A DNA stretch of 63,987 nucleotides, counting the filler, from an uncultured bacterium (GTDB lineage Bacteria > Hinthialibacterota > Hinthialibacteria > Hinthialibacterales > Hinthialibacteraceae), in assembly GCA_964449065.1 (NCBI GenBank). It is 9 parts of 9 records of this genome, joined end to end, with 100 filler letters (N's around TTAATTAATTAA, not from the genome) between each part and the next. Parts side by side here need not be neighbours in the genome. Positions count along the whole stretch, not along the records: positions 50,696 to 57,779 come from CAYVAZ010000273.1; positions 57,880 to 63,987 come from CAYVAZ010000314.1; 7 more parts are not named here. One strand, written 5' to 3'. Below are positions 55,833 to 63,987 of the stretch, piece by piece. Below the pieces are notes generated by a model. It did not search any database. It was not told the DNA's origin and saw only the letters and a list, made by a program, of their open reading frames with translations. The translations under genes and the position numbers were made by a program. Every line of letters begins with the position of its first letter. Within the stretch, counting starts at the first letter, position 1.

Positions 55833-57353
55833 TTGAATATCTTGCATTCAAAACCAATTGGCTGTCCATTGCAATGGACGCTGCTTCTTATTTGTATTGC
55901 CGGAACATCCATTGTTTTGTATTCCACATCAAACTATGGGATGGGGTTCACGCCTGACTCTGCCCATTACCTTGCTGTCGGTAAAAACCTGGCGGAAGGA
56001 AAAGGATTGGTGAGTTTTGATTCCTCTCTTTATCTCAACTGGCCTCCACTGTTTCCATTTTTCATTTTTCTCTTTGAATATATACCCGTCGATCAAAATG
56101 AGGTCATCCGTTGGTTTCACGCGGTTCTCTTCGGATTCACCATTTGGATGAGCGCGCAAATTTTATTGCCCTTACTTAACATGAAATGGCTGGTCATTCC
56201 ATATTCGATCACGATGCTGACCTCCGTTTCTTTTCTTTCCATTTATACATTTGTCTGGAGTGAACCGCTGTTTATTGCATTGATATTGCTTCTCGTATGG
56301 TATTTTTCTATTCATGAGCGGCACTCTGGTTTTTATGCGGTCACCACTTTGGGGGGGATAAGTACGTTGATTTGTTTGCAACGTTATGTGGGAATTGTTG
56401 TGATTCCGATTGTGTTATTCTGCCGGCTTATTCAAACCAAGAGAATGGCGTTTCATCACTTGGCATATTTAGGGATATCCACTATTCCGTTGGCGATTTA
56501 TTTCATGAGAAATATGATTTACAGTGGAACGGTAACCGGTTTCAGAGGCGAATCGGATTATTCCTTTTACTATAATCTCAATGTCAGCTTCGATATTATA
56601 AGCCAATGGCTGTTTGACTTAGACTATCCTTCGTGGATTCGTAAGCTGGGGATTGTGTTCATTAGTTCTATCGCGGTTTTCAGTAGTTTGTATAGATATT
56701 ATCTCTTTCAAACACCATCCAAATCATCCCAATTGCAGTTCTTGCTCATACTGGGAATCATTGCGCTCTATCTAGCGTCTACCATCACTCTTTCTTCCAT
56801 TCACCAAATCGATGATATTTCAAACCGCTTGCTTTCGCCTGTATTTCCGTTTTGTGCGCTCATCCTTTTCTTGGGAATTGATTCATTCATGACAATTTGC
56901 CAATTAAAAGAACGTCATAAATCAGTATTGTTATCATTGCTTTTCTTATTATTTGGAATCTGGATCATTCAAACCGGTTCCACGGCATTGCGATCCATTT
57001 CCTATTCTCGGGAGAATGGCGTGGGCGGGTATACCAAAAAAGAATACCATACTTCTCCTTTATTGTCTTCCATCGCCTCATTGCATCAAGCTAAGATATT
57101 TAGTAATTCCCCTGAATTAATATATCTTTATCACGAATATCCGGCATATATCAGTTATTATCAATATGAGAGTTATGAAGAATATTTGAATCGTTTGCCT
57201 TTGGATGAACATGCGTATTTGGTTTGGTTTCGTTCAGAAGAAAGAGAGTACATCCATTCCATCGCAACGCTCAACCGGTTGCATCTCATTCGCTCTAAGG
57301 TTGAGTATGACGACGGTTGGTTGGCTGTGCTTCAAAATCCCAGCAAAAAATGA
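55833..57353 (+). CDS. Polytopic membrane glycosyltransferase-like protein (ArnT/PMT, GT-C fold)
   Basis: TPDSAHY..N...GKG, WPPLFP, WSEPLF, RYVG; many TM segments. Confidence 0.7.
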   Translation: MNILHSKPIGCPLQWTLLLICIAGTSIVLYSTSNYGMGFTPDSAHYLAVGKNLAEGKGLVSFDSSLYLNWPPLFPFFIFLFEYIPVDQNEVIRWFHAVLFGFTIWMSAQILLPLLNMKWLVIPYSITMLTSVSFLSIYTFVWSEPLFIALILLLVWYFSIHERHSGFYAVTTLGGISTLICLQRYVGIVVIPIVLFCRLIQTKRMAFHHLAYLGISTIPLAIYFMRNMIYSGTVTGFRGESDYSFYYNLNVSFDIISQWLFDLDYPSWIRKLGIVFISSIAVFSSLYRYYLFQTPSKSSQLQFLLILGIIALYLASTITLSSIHQIDDISNRLLSPVFPFCALILFLGIDSFMTICQLKERHKSVLLSLLFLLFGIWIIQTGSTALRSISYSRENGVGGYTKKEYHTSPLLSSIASLHQAKIFSNSPELIYLYHEYPAYISYYQYESYEEYLNRLPLDEHAYLVWFRSEEREYIHSIATLNRLHLIRSKVEYDDGWLAVLQNPSKK

Positions 57354-57654
57354 CACCTCGACCTTAGCGGCGATAATCATGACGTCACTTCACAAAGCGT
57401 TTTCGTTATGAGCAGTATATAGTAATACGGATTCAAATAAATTCTGTGTGATTCCTCCATAAAAGGGGAGCATCGACTTCCAGCCGGTACCGCACACCGC
57501 ATATTATTTCATTGAAGCGGTATAACATGCTGAAAGCCTGCACCGCAATTTTAAACCGCGAATACACGCGAATACACGCGAATAAAAACGGGAGTATTTC
57601 AATATCTTGGAGTTTCATACTGATTTTGTTTCGGATTATTGGGGATGAAAAGCG

Positions 57655-57690
57655 TACTTCCGGCTCGGCGGGAGCCTCGCCCTCCCAAAA
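57655..57690 (-). repeat. Family-B REP-like repeat
   Basis: Reverse complement of 13048-13083. Confidence 0.8.
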
Positions 57691-57879
57691 AGCCGCTCTC
57701 CCAAAAAATATTACTTACTGATGATACGCAAAATTCTATACGGTAGGTATTGTTGCGAGATTTAAATCCGTTTCGATAGNNNNNNNNNNNNNNNNNNNNN
57801 NNNNNNNNNNNNNNNNNNNNNNNTTAATTAATTAANNNNNNNNNNNNNNNNNNNNNNNNNNNNNNNNNNNNNNNNNNNN

Positions 57880-58353
57880 CCGGATACCCAAGATGCCGTT
57901 ATGCAATACGATGGCTGCAATGTCCATTATTCGCTTCGCCGCAACAACGGGTTTTATTCTTCCGATCCCGAGGTTTGGAGAGGGTATGGAATTCTTTTCT
58001 ATGGCAAAAAAGCCACCCTGTTTATTGACCGGAGAGGCTATGAAATTTATCCCGAACGGGAAAAGTACGGCAAAGGTGTGCAGAAAGAAATCCGCAAGCA
58101 TGACCGCAATGACAAAGGAATGGATGACCTGCATGTCATCGACTTCTTAACCAAAATCAAAACCCGCGAACGCTGCAACAGCGATGTGGAAATCTGCCAC
58201 CGCGCCACCAGCACGCCCCATCTTGCTAACATCGCCCTGCGCTCTGGAGAGCGGGTGGTTTGGGATGGCGAAAACGAACGCGTCACCAATCATCCCCAAT
58301 TGAACTCATGGCTCAAGCGCGAATACCGCAATCCTTGGGAATTAACGTTGTGA
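57880..58353 (+). CDS. Gfo/Idh/MocA oxidoreductase C-terminal fragment (5' truncated)
   Basis: PDTQ..YD, GI.FYG..ATL.IDR.GY, H...F...IKTR, HLANIA.R.G..WD, REYR.PW. Confidence 0.82.
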   Translation, partial: PDTQDAVMQYDGCNVHYSLRRNNGFYSSDPEVWRGYGILFYGKKATLFIDRRGYEIYPEREKYGKGVQKEIRKHDRNDKGMDDLHVIDFLTKIKTRERCNSDVEICHRATSTPHLANIALRSGERVVWDGENERVTNHPQLNSWLKREYRNPWELTL

Positions 58354-58528
58354 TTTTATATGGAGGGCAAACTATTTTTATCATCATAATGATCTCAAAT
58401 TCTTTTTACTAATTCATTTTCCCAATAGGAACTGATGTTACGCGAATTATAATTGACTATTGCTTGATAAACGGTTTTTGTTATGGGCCGGACATTTCAA
58501 ATTAGAGATTAGCATTTGAGGAAGGGTT

Positions 58529-58634
58529 TATACCGATGTTATTTAGGATTATCCGGCAAGAAATGTGCTAAGTCTTTCTTTCGCTAAGGCTTATTGTCTC
58601 GCTTCATGAACAATCCTAAATGGAAATGATATTA
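58529..58634. mobile_element. Degenerate family-D mini-element overlapping the SGNH stop codon
   Basis: TATACCGATGTTATTTAGGATT ... AATCCTAAATGGAAATGATATTA. Confidence 0.5.
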
Positions 58635-59966
58635 CCATTGTATCTCGCCAACCTGAACGATCCCTCCCGGAACTTGCTTTCCATCTTTGATCTTCCAAAT
58701 CAAGAACTTGTATCGCGTTCCTATTTGCGGACCTGCTTTCCATTTTCCGTTCATTCGTTCATCATTTTGTTTCCAAACTAACTCATTGCTACCAAATGAG
58801 GCGGTATACATCCACTCCGGTTTGGCCTTTTCTTCTTGAACATAAACGGCTACTTCCTCATAAGAATCCGGCGGTAAATTCCATTGGATTTTCATGCTTG
58901 GATTTTGCGGCAGTTGTTTTGTGACGTTTAATAATAGAGGTTGATTGAACTCGTGTGCAATCGCGTTCGCCAGCCAATTCGCTTTGAGTTTGTTGCCGTG
59001 GTTGCGTAAATGGCAGCGGTCTATAAACCAGTCGGGATAATGCCGCAAAACGCTTTGCATATCGATATACATCGCATTGTGCTTCGTGGAGATTTTTTCC
59101 ATAATCCGGTTATGTTCTTCCACCATTTGAATGTTGCGTTCATTCATATTCTTCCCGGGTTGAAACGCCATGCCCGCAGCAATGAACTTGCTGCCCTTCT
59201 TTTTTGCCATGGCAGCAACCGTTTTGATTCCATTGCGGTACAGCATTACCGTGTCTTCACCCGGGTACTCTTGTACCGGCCCCGGGTTGGGACGCACGGT
59301 CCATGTATTCAGATCGCCTGGACGAATTCCCAGCGATAACTGCATCCATGATGTAAATACGCTAAAGGCGGCGACGCGGTCAATGACGGACAATCCTTCG
59401 TATGACATCGGCTTGCGGTAGTGGGAATAATCCGCCGCGAAATCCTTGCGCACCCGTGGAGCCAGATCGTTAATACCATGATGCAAAATCACCACATCCG
59501 GCGAGAAATCCTGTACGCGGATCACATAGTTGATGGTGGATTCCGCCATTGTCCAGCCCTGGCTGCCCCAGTCCATTACTTCAATCTTTCGGTTCGGAAA
59601 CGAGTGCCGCATTGCTTCTCTCAGCCAGCGGGGATAGGCGTTCTTTGTGGTCGAACCGCCCAAACAAGCGATTCGAAGCGTATGATCCGGTTTATGGAAT
59701 GTGAACGATTCTTCTGCTATTGTGACGCCGCTGGCGGATAACACTACATCGCTTGGGGTGTAGGCTAGGTAGGCATGAGACTCAAATTGCGGTTTGCCGG
59801 ACAGGCTGCGCTGCAAGACGGCCTGATGCTGTTCGATTCGCTCACGAATATTGTCCGCATCGATTTGCAGATAAACGCGGGATGCGATTTCCAGCAAAGC
59901 AAACGTACATGCGAAGAGAATCAAACCTAACAGACTATAAAATAACTTGCGTTTTTTGGCTTTCAT
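58632..59966 (-). CDS. SGNH/GDSL hydrolase with N-terminal membrane anchor
   Basis: RIACLGGSTT, G.QGW, PDVVILHHGIND, F.D.CHL...GN. Confidence 0.82.
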   Translation of the reverse strand: MKAKKRKLFYSLLGLILFACTFALLEIASRVYLQIDADNIRERIEQHQAVLQRSLSGKPQFESHAYLAYTPSDVVLSASGVTIAEESFTFHKPDHTLRIACLGGSTTKNAYPRWLREAMRHSFPNRKIEVMDWGSQGWTMAESTINYVIRVQDFSPDVVILHHGINDLAPRVRKDFAADYSHYRKPMSYEGLSVIDRVAAFSVFTSWMQLSLGIRPGDLNTWTVRPNPGPVQEYPGEDTVMLYRNGIKTVAAMAKKKGSKFIAAGMAFQPGKNMNERNIQMVEEHNRIMEKISTKHNAMYIDMQSVLRHYPDWFIDRCHLRNHGNKLKANWLANAIAHEFNQPLLLNVTKQLPQNPSMKIQWNLPPDSYEEVAVYVQEEKAKPEWMYTASFGSNELVWKQNDERMNGKWKAGPQIGTRYKFLIWKIKDGKQVPGGIVQVGEIQW

Positions 59967-60604
59967 TCCTTTATGGATACGATCTTAATATCGTCAAATA
60001 AAATATCCTTGCTGGAATACGGTGTACCCCATATCGATGGTTTGCTGGCGATGGGTTGTTCGGTAACGGTATGCGTAACCATCCAATCCTTGGGTTCTTG
60101 TTTCCCTTGCCACGCTTTGCCCTCAATTATCCATTGAAAATCTACTTTGCGTATTTGAAAGCGGAACGTCGTCCATTCACCGGCTTGCCATTTAAAGGGA
60201 GTGCCGGCCGCGGTTTGTTTGTCTTTATTGATTTCCAGCACCCGTTTGGATGGTGTGACATACAGTTTATAACCGTTTACCCCGCCCAGCCCAACGCCAA
60301 AGCGCGGGAACTGACGTTTTAGTCTATCCGAGTGAATCCGGGCGGTAATCTGCATTCCCTCTGCCTGTGAAGGACCGAACAAAGCCCCATAATCGCTCAG
60401 CGGCGTCCCCGGTAGCATCAACACTTTATTACCATCCAGTTCTTTGACGATAAAATCGCCTTCCAAAACCAAAAATTCCGAAGGCGCTTCGCCCACTTCA
60501 ATCTTCTCAAAATCCTCTTCAAACAAAACGTGATCATCACCAAAAGATGGCAACGCTATAAAAACCAATAATAGAACAAATAAGAAATTCATCTTCTTCT
60601 CCAT
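59963..60604 (-). CDS. Secreted ConA-like hypothetical protein
   Basis: Signal peptide, VLFEEDFE, GKAW..EP..W, FDDIKI; overlaps the start of the SGNH gene. Confidence 0.7.
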   Translation of the reverse strand: MEKKMNFLFVLLLVFIALPSFGDDHVLFEEDFEKIEVGEAPSEFLVLEGDFIVKELDGNKVLMLPGTPLSDYGALFGPSQAEGMQITARIHSDRLKRQFPRFGVGLGGVNGYKLYVTPSKRVLEINKDKQTAAGTPFKWQAGEWTTFRFQIRKVDFQWIIEGKAWQGKQEPKDWMVTHTVTEQPIASKPSIWGTPYSSKDILFDDIKIVSIKE

Positions 60605-60643
60605 TGTAATTTACGTTTCTAATCCCTAATCCCTGCCTTTGTA

Positions 60644-63600
60644 TCATTCGTTTCGCAGGGCATCCAGCACATCGCCGCGCATGGCGGATTTCGACGCCAG
60701 CCAGATCCACAGCCATCCGCTGGCCAGCATGATTAATAACGTAATCGCTACTGAGAGCACCGGGGTTCCGCTGCCGCGTGAAATTATGCTTGGCACCACA
60801 GCAGCCGCGCCCGCCAGCACACCGCACAACAGGCCGATCAGTAATAATATACCATGCTCGGTTATGATCATCTTTCGCAAAGAGGGCACCGTAAAGCCCA
60901 CCGCGCGCATGAGGGCCAACTCGCTGCGGCGTTCCAGCACGTTGCGCAGCATCACAACCCCAATGCCCGCGCTGCCCAGGATCAAACCGAGCCCTCCCAG
61001 CACTTGAAAGATGGTTAGGTAGGTGTTTTGCACCGCGTTAAACGCGGCCAGCCGTTCTTCGGCCTGCACCAATTGCAGCCCGTAATCTTGCAGCGCGAAC
61101 GTCAGTGTTTCTTCAATCTCCTGCATCTGGTCCCTAGGTGTTTCTACCAGTACCAAACTGTATCCACTGCTGGAAGGATAGTGTTTGATAAAATCATCTT
61201 CTCCAATAATGATGCCGCCCTGAAAGATTGAATTCGCAATCGCGCCCATCAACACCACTTCCAGCTCTTGGCCTTTTTCATTGGTGTAGTAGAGCGAATC
61301 GCCGATGGATTTGCCCAGCGCCCACAGCATGGTGGCTTGATCGATCACCGCGGGAATTTTGTTGCCGCCCAAATCCCGGTTTAGCAAATTCCATCCGTTT
61401 TCAAGCGCTTCGCCTTCCTGCGTTTGCACAAACGTAAACGCGCCTTTCTTGGCAAATTCTTTCGGATTTAACGCGAACAAGCGTGGGGTTTGCGCGCGGC
61501 TCAAGTTTAAACAACTCGCGTCGTCACCCTGGAGTATGCGTAATGATGTGAAGTGTGTATCGGGTACATCTTCCGGCAATAGCGCGAATTCATCCAAGCC
61601 GGATTCGGTATTGAGGTTATGCAGCAGCGGGATTGTGAGTTCGCCCCAATATTCATACCCGCCGGTGCCGGAGGACGGCTCGTTCGCGTCCAAGGAGGCA
61701 TCCTGCTTGTTCGCGCCCACCGCAATCACCAAAAAACTGCCGCAGGCCAGCAGGCCTACCACCGCCATGCTGCGCCCGGTGCGCCGGGTATTGTTGCGCC
61801 ACCCCAGCGTGTTCATCGATAAGTGTTTCGACTGCATCTTTTGCCCGGTGCGGTGCAGACTGGTATGAACGAAGCCAATCGCGGCGATCAGCAGCAGCGC
61901 CCCGGTTCCGAAAAACTTGCCCGCCTGCGCCGATGAAGTATCCGCGGGCAGAAGCGCAACCAGCAGCACCGCCCCTAATAAGGATACAAGCCCAATCCAC
62001 AAGCCTAGGGTGGATTTTTTTGTTGCCGCTTTATACGTAATGCTTCCTGACAATAGTTCCTGCACCTTGGCGCGGACTTGTTTGCGCAGGGTCAGCCATA
62101 CCGCAAACACCGACATCAATATCCCGCCGAAGAGCCCGATGAGCATGGTTGAGTTGGTGACCACAAACACGAACTGTGTATCGTTGACCGCGCCGCTCCA
62201 GACCGTTTCCAGCCCCAGCAGCATGAGTTTGGTATACACGAGTCCCACAAACACACCGATGACGCTGCCGATGCACGCGAGGATAAAACCTTCCAGCAAA
62301 TAAAACGCGCGGATTTGCTTGGGCGTGAACCCAAGCGCCAGCATGGTTCCGGTTTCTTCACCGCGCTGCTCAATGCCGAAGACAAACAGCAGCCCGACCA
62401 ATATCAGCGCGGCAACAATCAAGAAAAAACTGAACCCGGCAAAGAGCGGGGCAAAGTTGATGGCTTGGTTAACGCCCTCTAGTGCTTGCTGCCGCACGGG
62501 TTGGAATAACAAACCGACTTGTTCGGGATGCAGCGATTGATTGAATCTGTCACGAACATTTTCTATTGGACTGTTTGCTGTAAACCGTACGGCTGTCAGT
62601 CTCCCATAACGGTTGCTCCACATATCCTGTCCGGCTTTAAGCGTAATGAACGCTTTTGGCGTGCCTTTAAATTCATCCCAATAGTCTTCATCCGTATCGC
62701 GGATTTTGGTTACATCAATGGAAAAACCGGGGTCCCAATCGCGGCAGTTTTCGCTGCCGGATATGCCGGGAAAATCCGGCATGAGTGTGGGGTCGCATAG
62801 GGGATGATCCATGGGAATGATTTGCTTGACGGTGAATGCGCGGGATTGTTCTTCCAACTGCCGCATCTGTCCCATCACATAATACTTGATGGTTAATTCA
62901 TCCCCTACTTCGGCAGACTGATCATCCGCCAGCCATTGATTGATGATGATTTCATCATCGCCGATATCTCCCATATACGGAAAAATAGTATTGGAACGCA
63001 TACTCAAAGCGCTCACCATTGAATAGGGAGTCGCGTTTCCATTAATGGAAAGTTCATTCACCAAATAGGTAAGTATTCCCGTGTAGGAATCGCGGTTGTT
63101 CAGTCCACTTATTGGATTGGCTCTTACGACGGAATTTTGAATGATTTTGGGGACGTAATCATCCAGAAAAATACGGTCGGTAGAGACTTCCACAACCGGG
63201 GTTTCGCTGGGCGGCTCTACGGACAACTGGGCATCCTCGTACGTCCAATGATCGCGCATGAGTTTCTTTAAATCGTTACCTTGTTCTTCACCCTGCGGGG
63301 TATCTGCTGCAAGCATCATGTTGATTTTTTCCGGCTGCTCTACCTCATTCTGCAAATACGCCAGCGGCAGATAGGCGTTCATCGGGGGTACTTGATTGAT
63401 GCGCAAATCAAACCGCCCCATGTGTTCATCATCCACAACCGAAGCAACATCCATCCGCAATGAAACGGTGCTGTCTTCATCGGTGGATAACGGGGCATCG
63501 CGTGAGATGGCGCTGGGTTTCTGCATCGGCAAGATCAGCGTATCGCCGGGTTGTACGTCTAAATGCTCAGCCAATTTGGTGTTGAGCACAACCGCGTCTT

Positions 63601-63987
63601 TGGTGATATCCGCAAACGGGTTGATCTCTTCATCTGCCGCGCTCAGTTCCCAAAAGCGTTCATCCACGCCATACACATTCACCTGGTTGGCACGGGCGCC
63701 GCCTGAAGGCAGCGAAATCATCCCCTGCACATACAAGCCGGGGGCCAGCGTGGGTTGATAGTCTTCTTCAATGTTGTTTGCGAGTTCCTCGGTCACAAAA
63801 CGGGTGGGGTGATGCAGCGCGTGATGAATATCGCCCAAGCGAATCAGCGCGATATACCGCAGTGTGGCGTTGACGCAATCGCCCACCAGCAAGGCGCCGG
63901 TCAACACCGCGGTTCCGATGATTACACCCAGCACCACGCCGAAATGCGCGCGGCGGTAATGCAATAAGCTGCGCCATAAGAGTGTCC
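60644..63987 (-). CDS. FtsX/MacB-type ABC transporter permease (start lies beyond the window)
   Basis: TAVLTGALLVGD, EQRGEETGTMLALGF, LERRSELALMRAVGF. The frame stays open to the window end (TLLWRSLLHY). Confidence 0.9.
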   Translation of the reverse strand, partial: TLLWRSLLHYRRAHFGVVLGVIIGTAVLTGALLVGDCVNATLRYIALIRLGDIHHALHHPTRFVTEELANNIEEDYQPTLAPGLYVQGMISLPSGGARANQVNVYGVDERFWELSAADEEINPFADITKDAVVLNTKLAEHLDVQPGDTLILPMQKPSAISRDAPLSTDEDSTVSLRMDVASVVDDEHMGRFDLRINQVPPMNAYLPLAYLQNEVEQPEKINMMLAADTPQGEEQGNDLKKLMRDHWTYEDAQLSVEPPSETPVVEVSTDRIFLDDYVPKIIQNSVVRANPISGLNNRDSYTGILTYLVNELSINGNATPYSMVSALSMRSNTIFPYMGDIGDDEIIINQWLADDQSAEVGDELTIKYYVMGQMRQLEEQSRAFTVKQIIPMDHPLCDPTLMPDFPGISGSENCRDWDPGFSIDVTKIRDTDEDYWDEFKGTPKAFITLKAGQDMWSNRYGRLTAVRFTANSPIENVRDRFNQSLHPEQVGLLFQPVRQQALEGVNQAINFAPLFAGFSFFLIVAALILVGLLFVFGIEQRGEETGTMLALGFTPKQIRAFYLLEGFILACIGSVIGVFVGLVYTKLMLLGLETVWSGAVNDTQFVFVVTNSTMLIGLFGGILMSVFAVWLTLRKQVRAKVQELLSGSITYKAATKKSTLGLWIGLVSLLGAVLLVALLPADTSSAQAGKFFGTGALLLIAAIGFVHTSLHRTGQKMQSKHLSMNTLGWRNNTRRTGRSMAVVGLLACGSFLVIAVGANKQDASLDANEPSSGTGGYEYWGELTIPLLHNLNTESGLDEFALLPEDVPDTHFTSLRILQGDDASCLNLSRAQTPRLFALNPKEFAKKGAFTFVQTQEGEALENGWNLLNRDLGGNKIPAVIDQATMLWALGKSIGDSLYYTNEKGQELEVVLMGAIANSIFQGGIIIGEDDFIKHYPSSSGYSLVLVETPRDQMQEIEETLTFALQDYGLQLVQAEERLAAFNAVQNTYLTIFQVLGGLGLILGSAGIGVVMLRNVLERRSELALMRAVGFTVPSLRKMIITEHGILLLIGLLCGVLAGAAAVVPSIISRGSGTPVLSVAITLLIMLASGWLWIWLASKSAMRGDVLDALRNE

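Noticed and set aside
57557..57583. CGCGAATACA tandem repeat as a possible CRISPR or iteron
   Set aside because: Only about 2.7 units of 10 bp, with no spacers and no cas or rep genes.
7184..57879. TTAATTAATTAA palindrome recurring about every 7.2 kb
   Set aside because: It is an artificial six-frame-stop linker between length-sorted contigs. Apparent neighbours such as the GspK-like gene and the pilin across 28996-29095 are not evidence of linkage.
1..63987. tRNA, rRNA, reverse transcriptase (retron/DGR), integrase or prophage
   Set aside because: No such signatures were seen by eye. tRNAscan and cmscan were not run.

Overview
This window is not one locus. It is nine unrelated contigs of about 7.1 kb, sorted by decreasing length and joined by artificial 100-nt spacers (N44-TTAATTAATTAA-N44), so adjacency across spacers means nothing. 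Gene content points to a Gram-negative bacterium with a Planctomycete-like repertoire: a DUF1501/DUF1549-DUF1553/PSCyt1-WD40/PPC cluster, prepilin and giant GspK-like proteins, LamG and DNRLRE exoproteins, a sulfatase and GH2s. A candidate-phylum MAG such as Ca. Hinthialibacter/OLB16 is my guess, by inference only. Housekeeping genes include uvrC, comM/yifB, split transketolase, mntR and a dipeptide epimerase. Contig 36315-43408 (DeoR-mtlD-aldolase-GH2-six-hairpin glycosidase) looks foreign. I saw no rRNA, tRNA or CRISPR array. The most interesting signals are four. (1) Intergenic DNA holds a nested set of non-autonomous elements: at least five terminal-inverted-repeat (TIR) shell families carry REP-like hairpins as cargo and insert into each other's hairpins. 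There is a filled/empty-site pair and a four-layer nest next to a RAYT that carries its own REP in-frame. (2) Two unrelated secreted proteins share a C-terminal T-x-V-x-[ND]-F-M-[LI]-Y tail, a candidate sorting signal. (3) Two unrelated cytoplasmic hypotheticals share an RMAFTSR...RR tail with 17 identical nucleotides. (4) Toxin genes are repeatedly dead while antitoxins stay intact, including a BrnA-DUF433 chimera.
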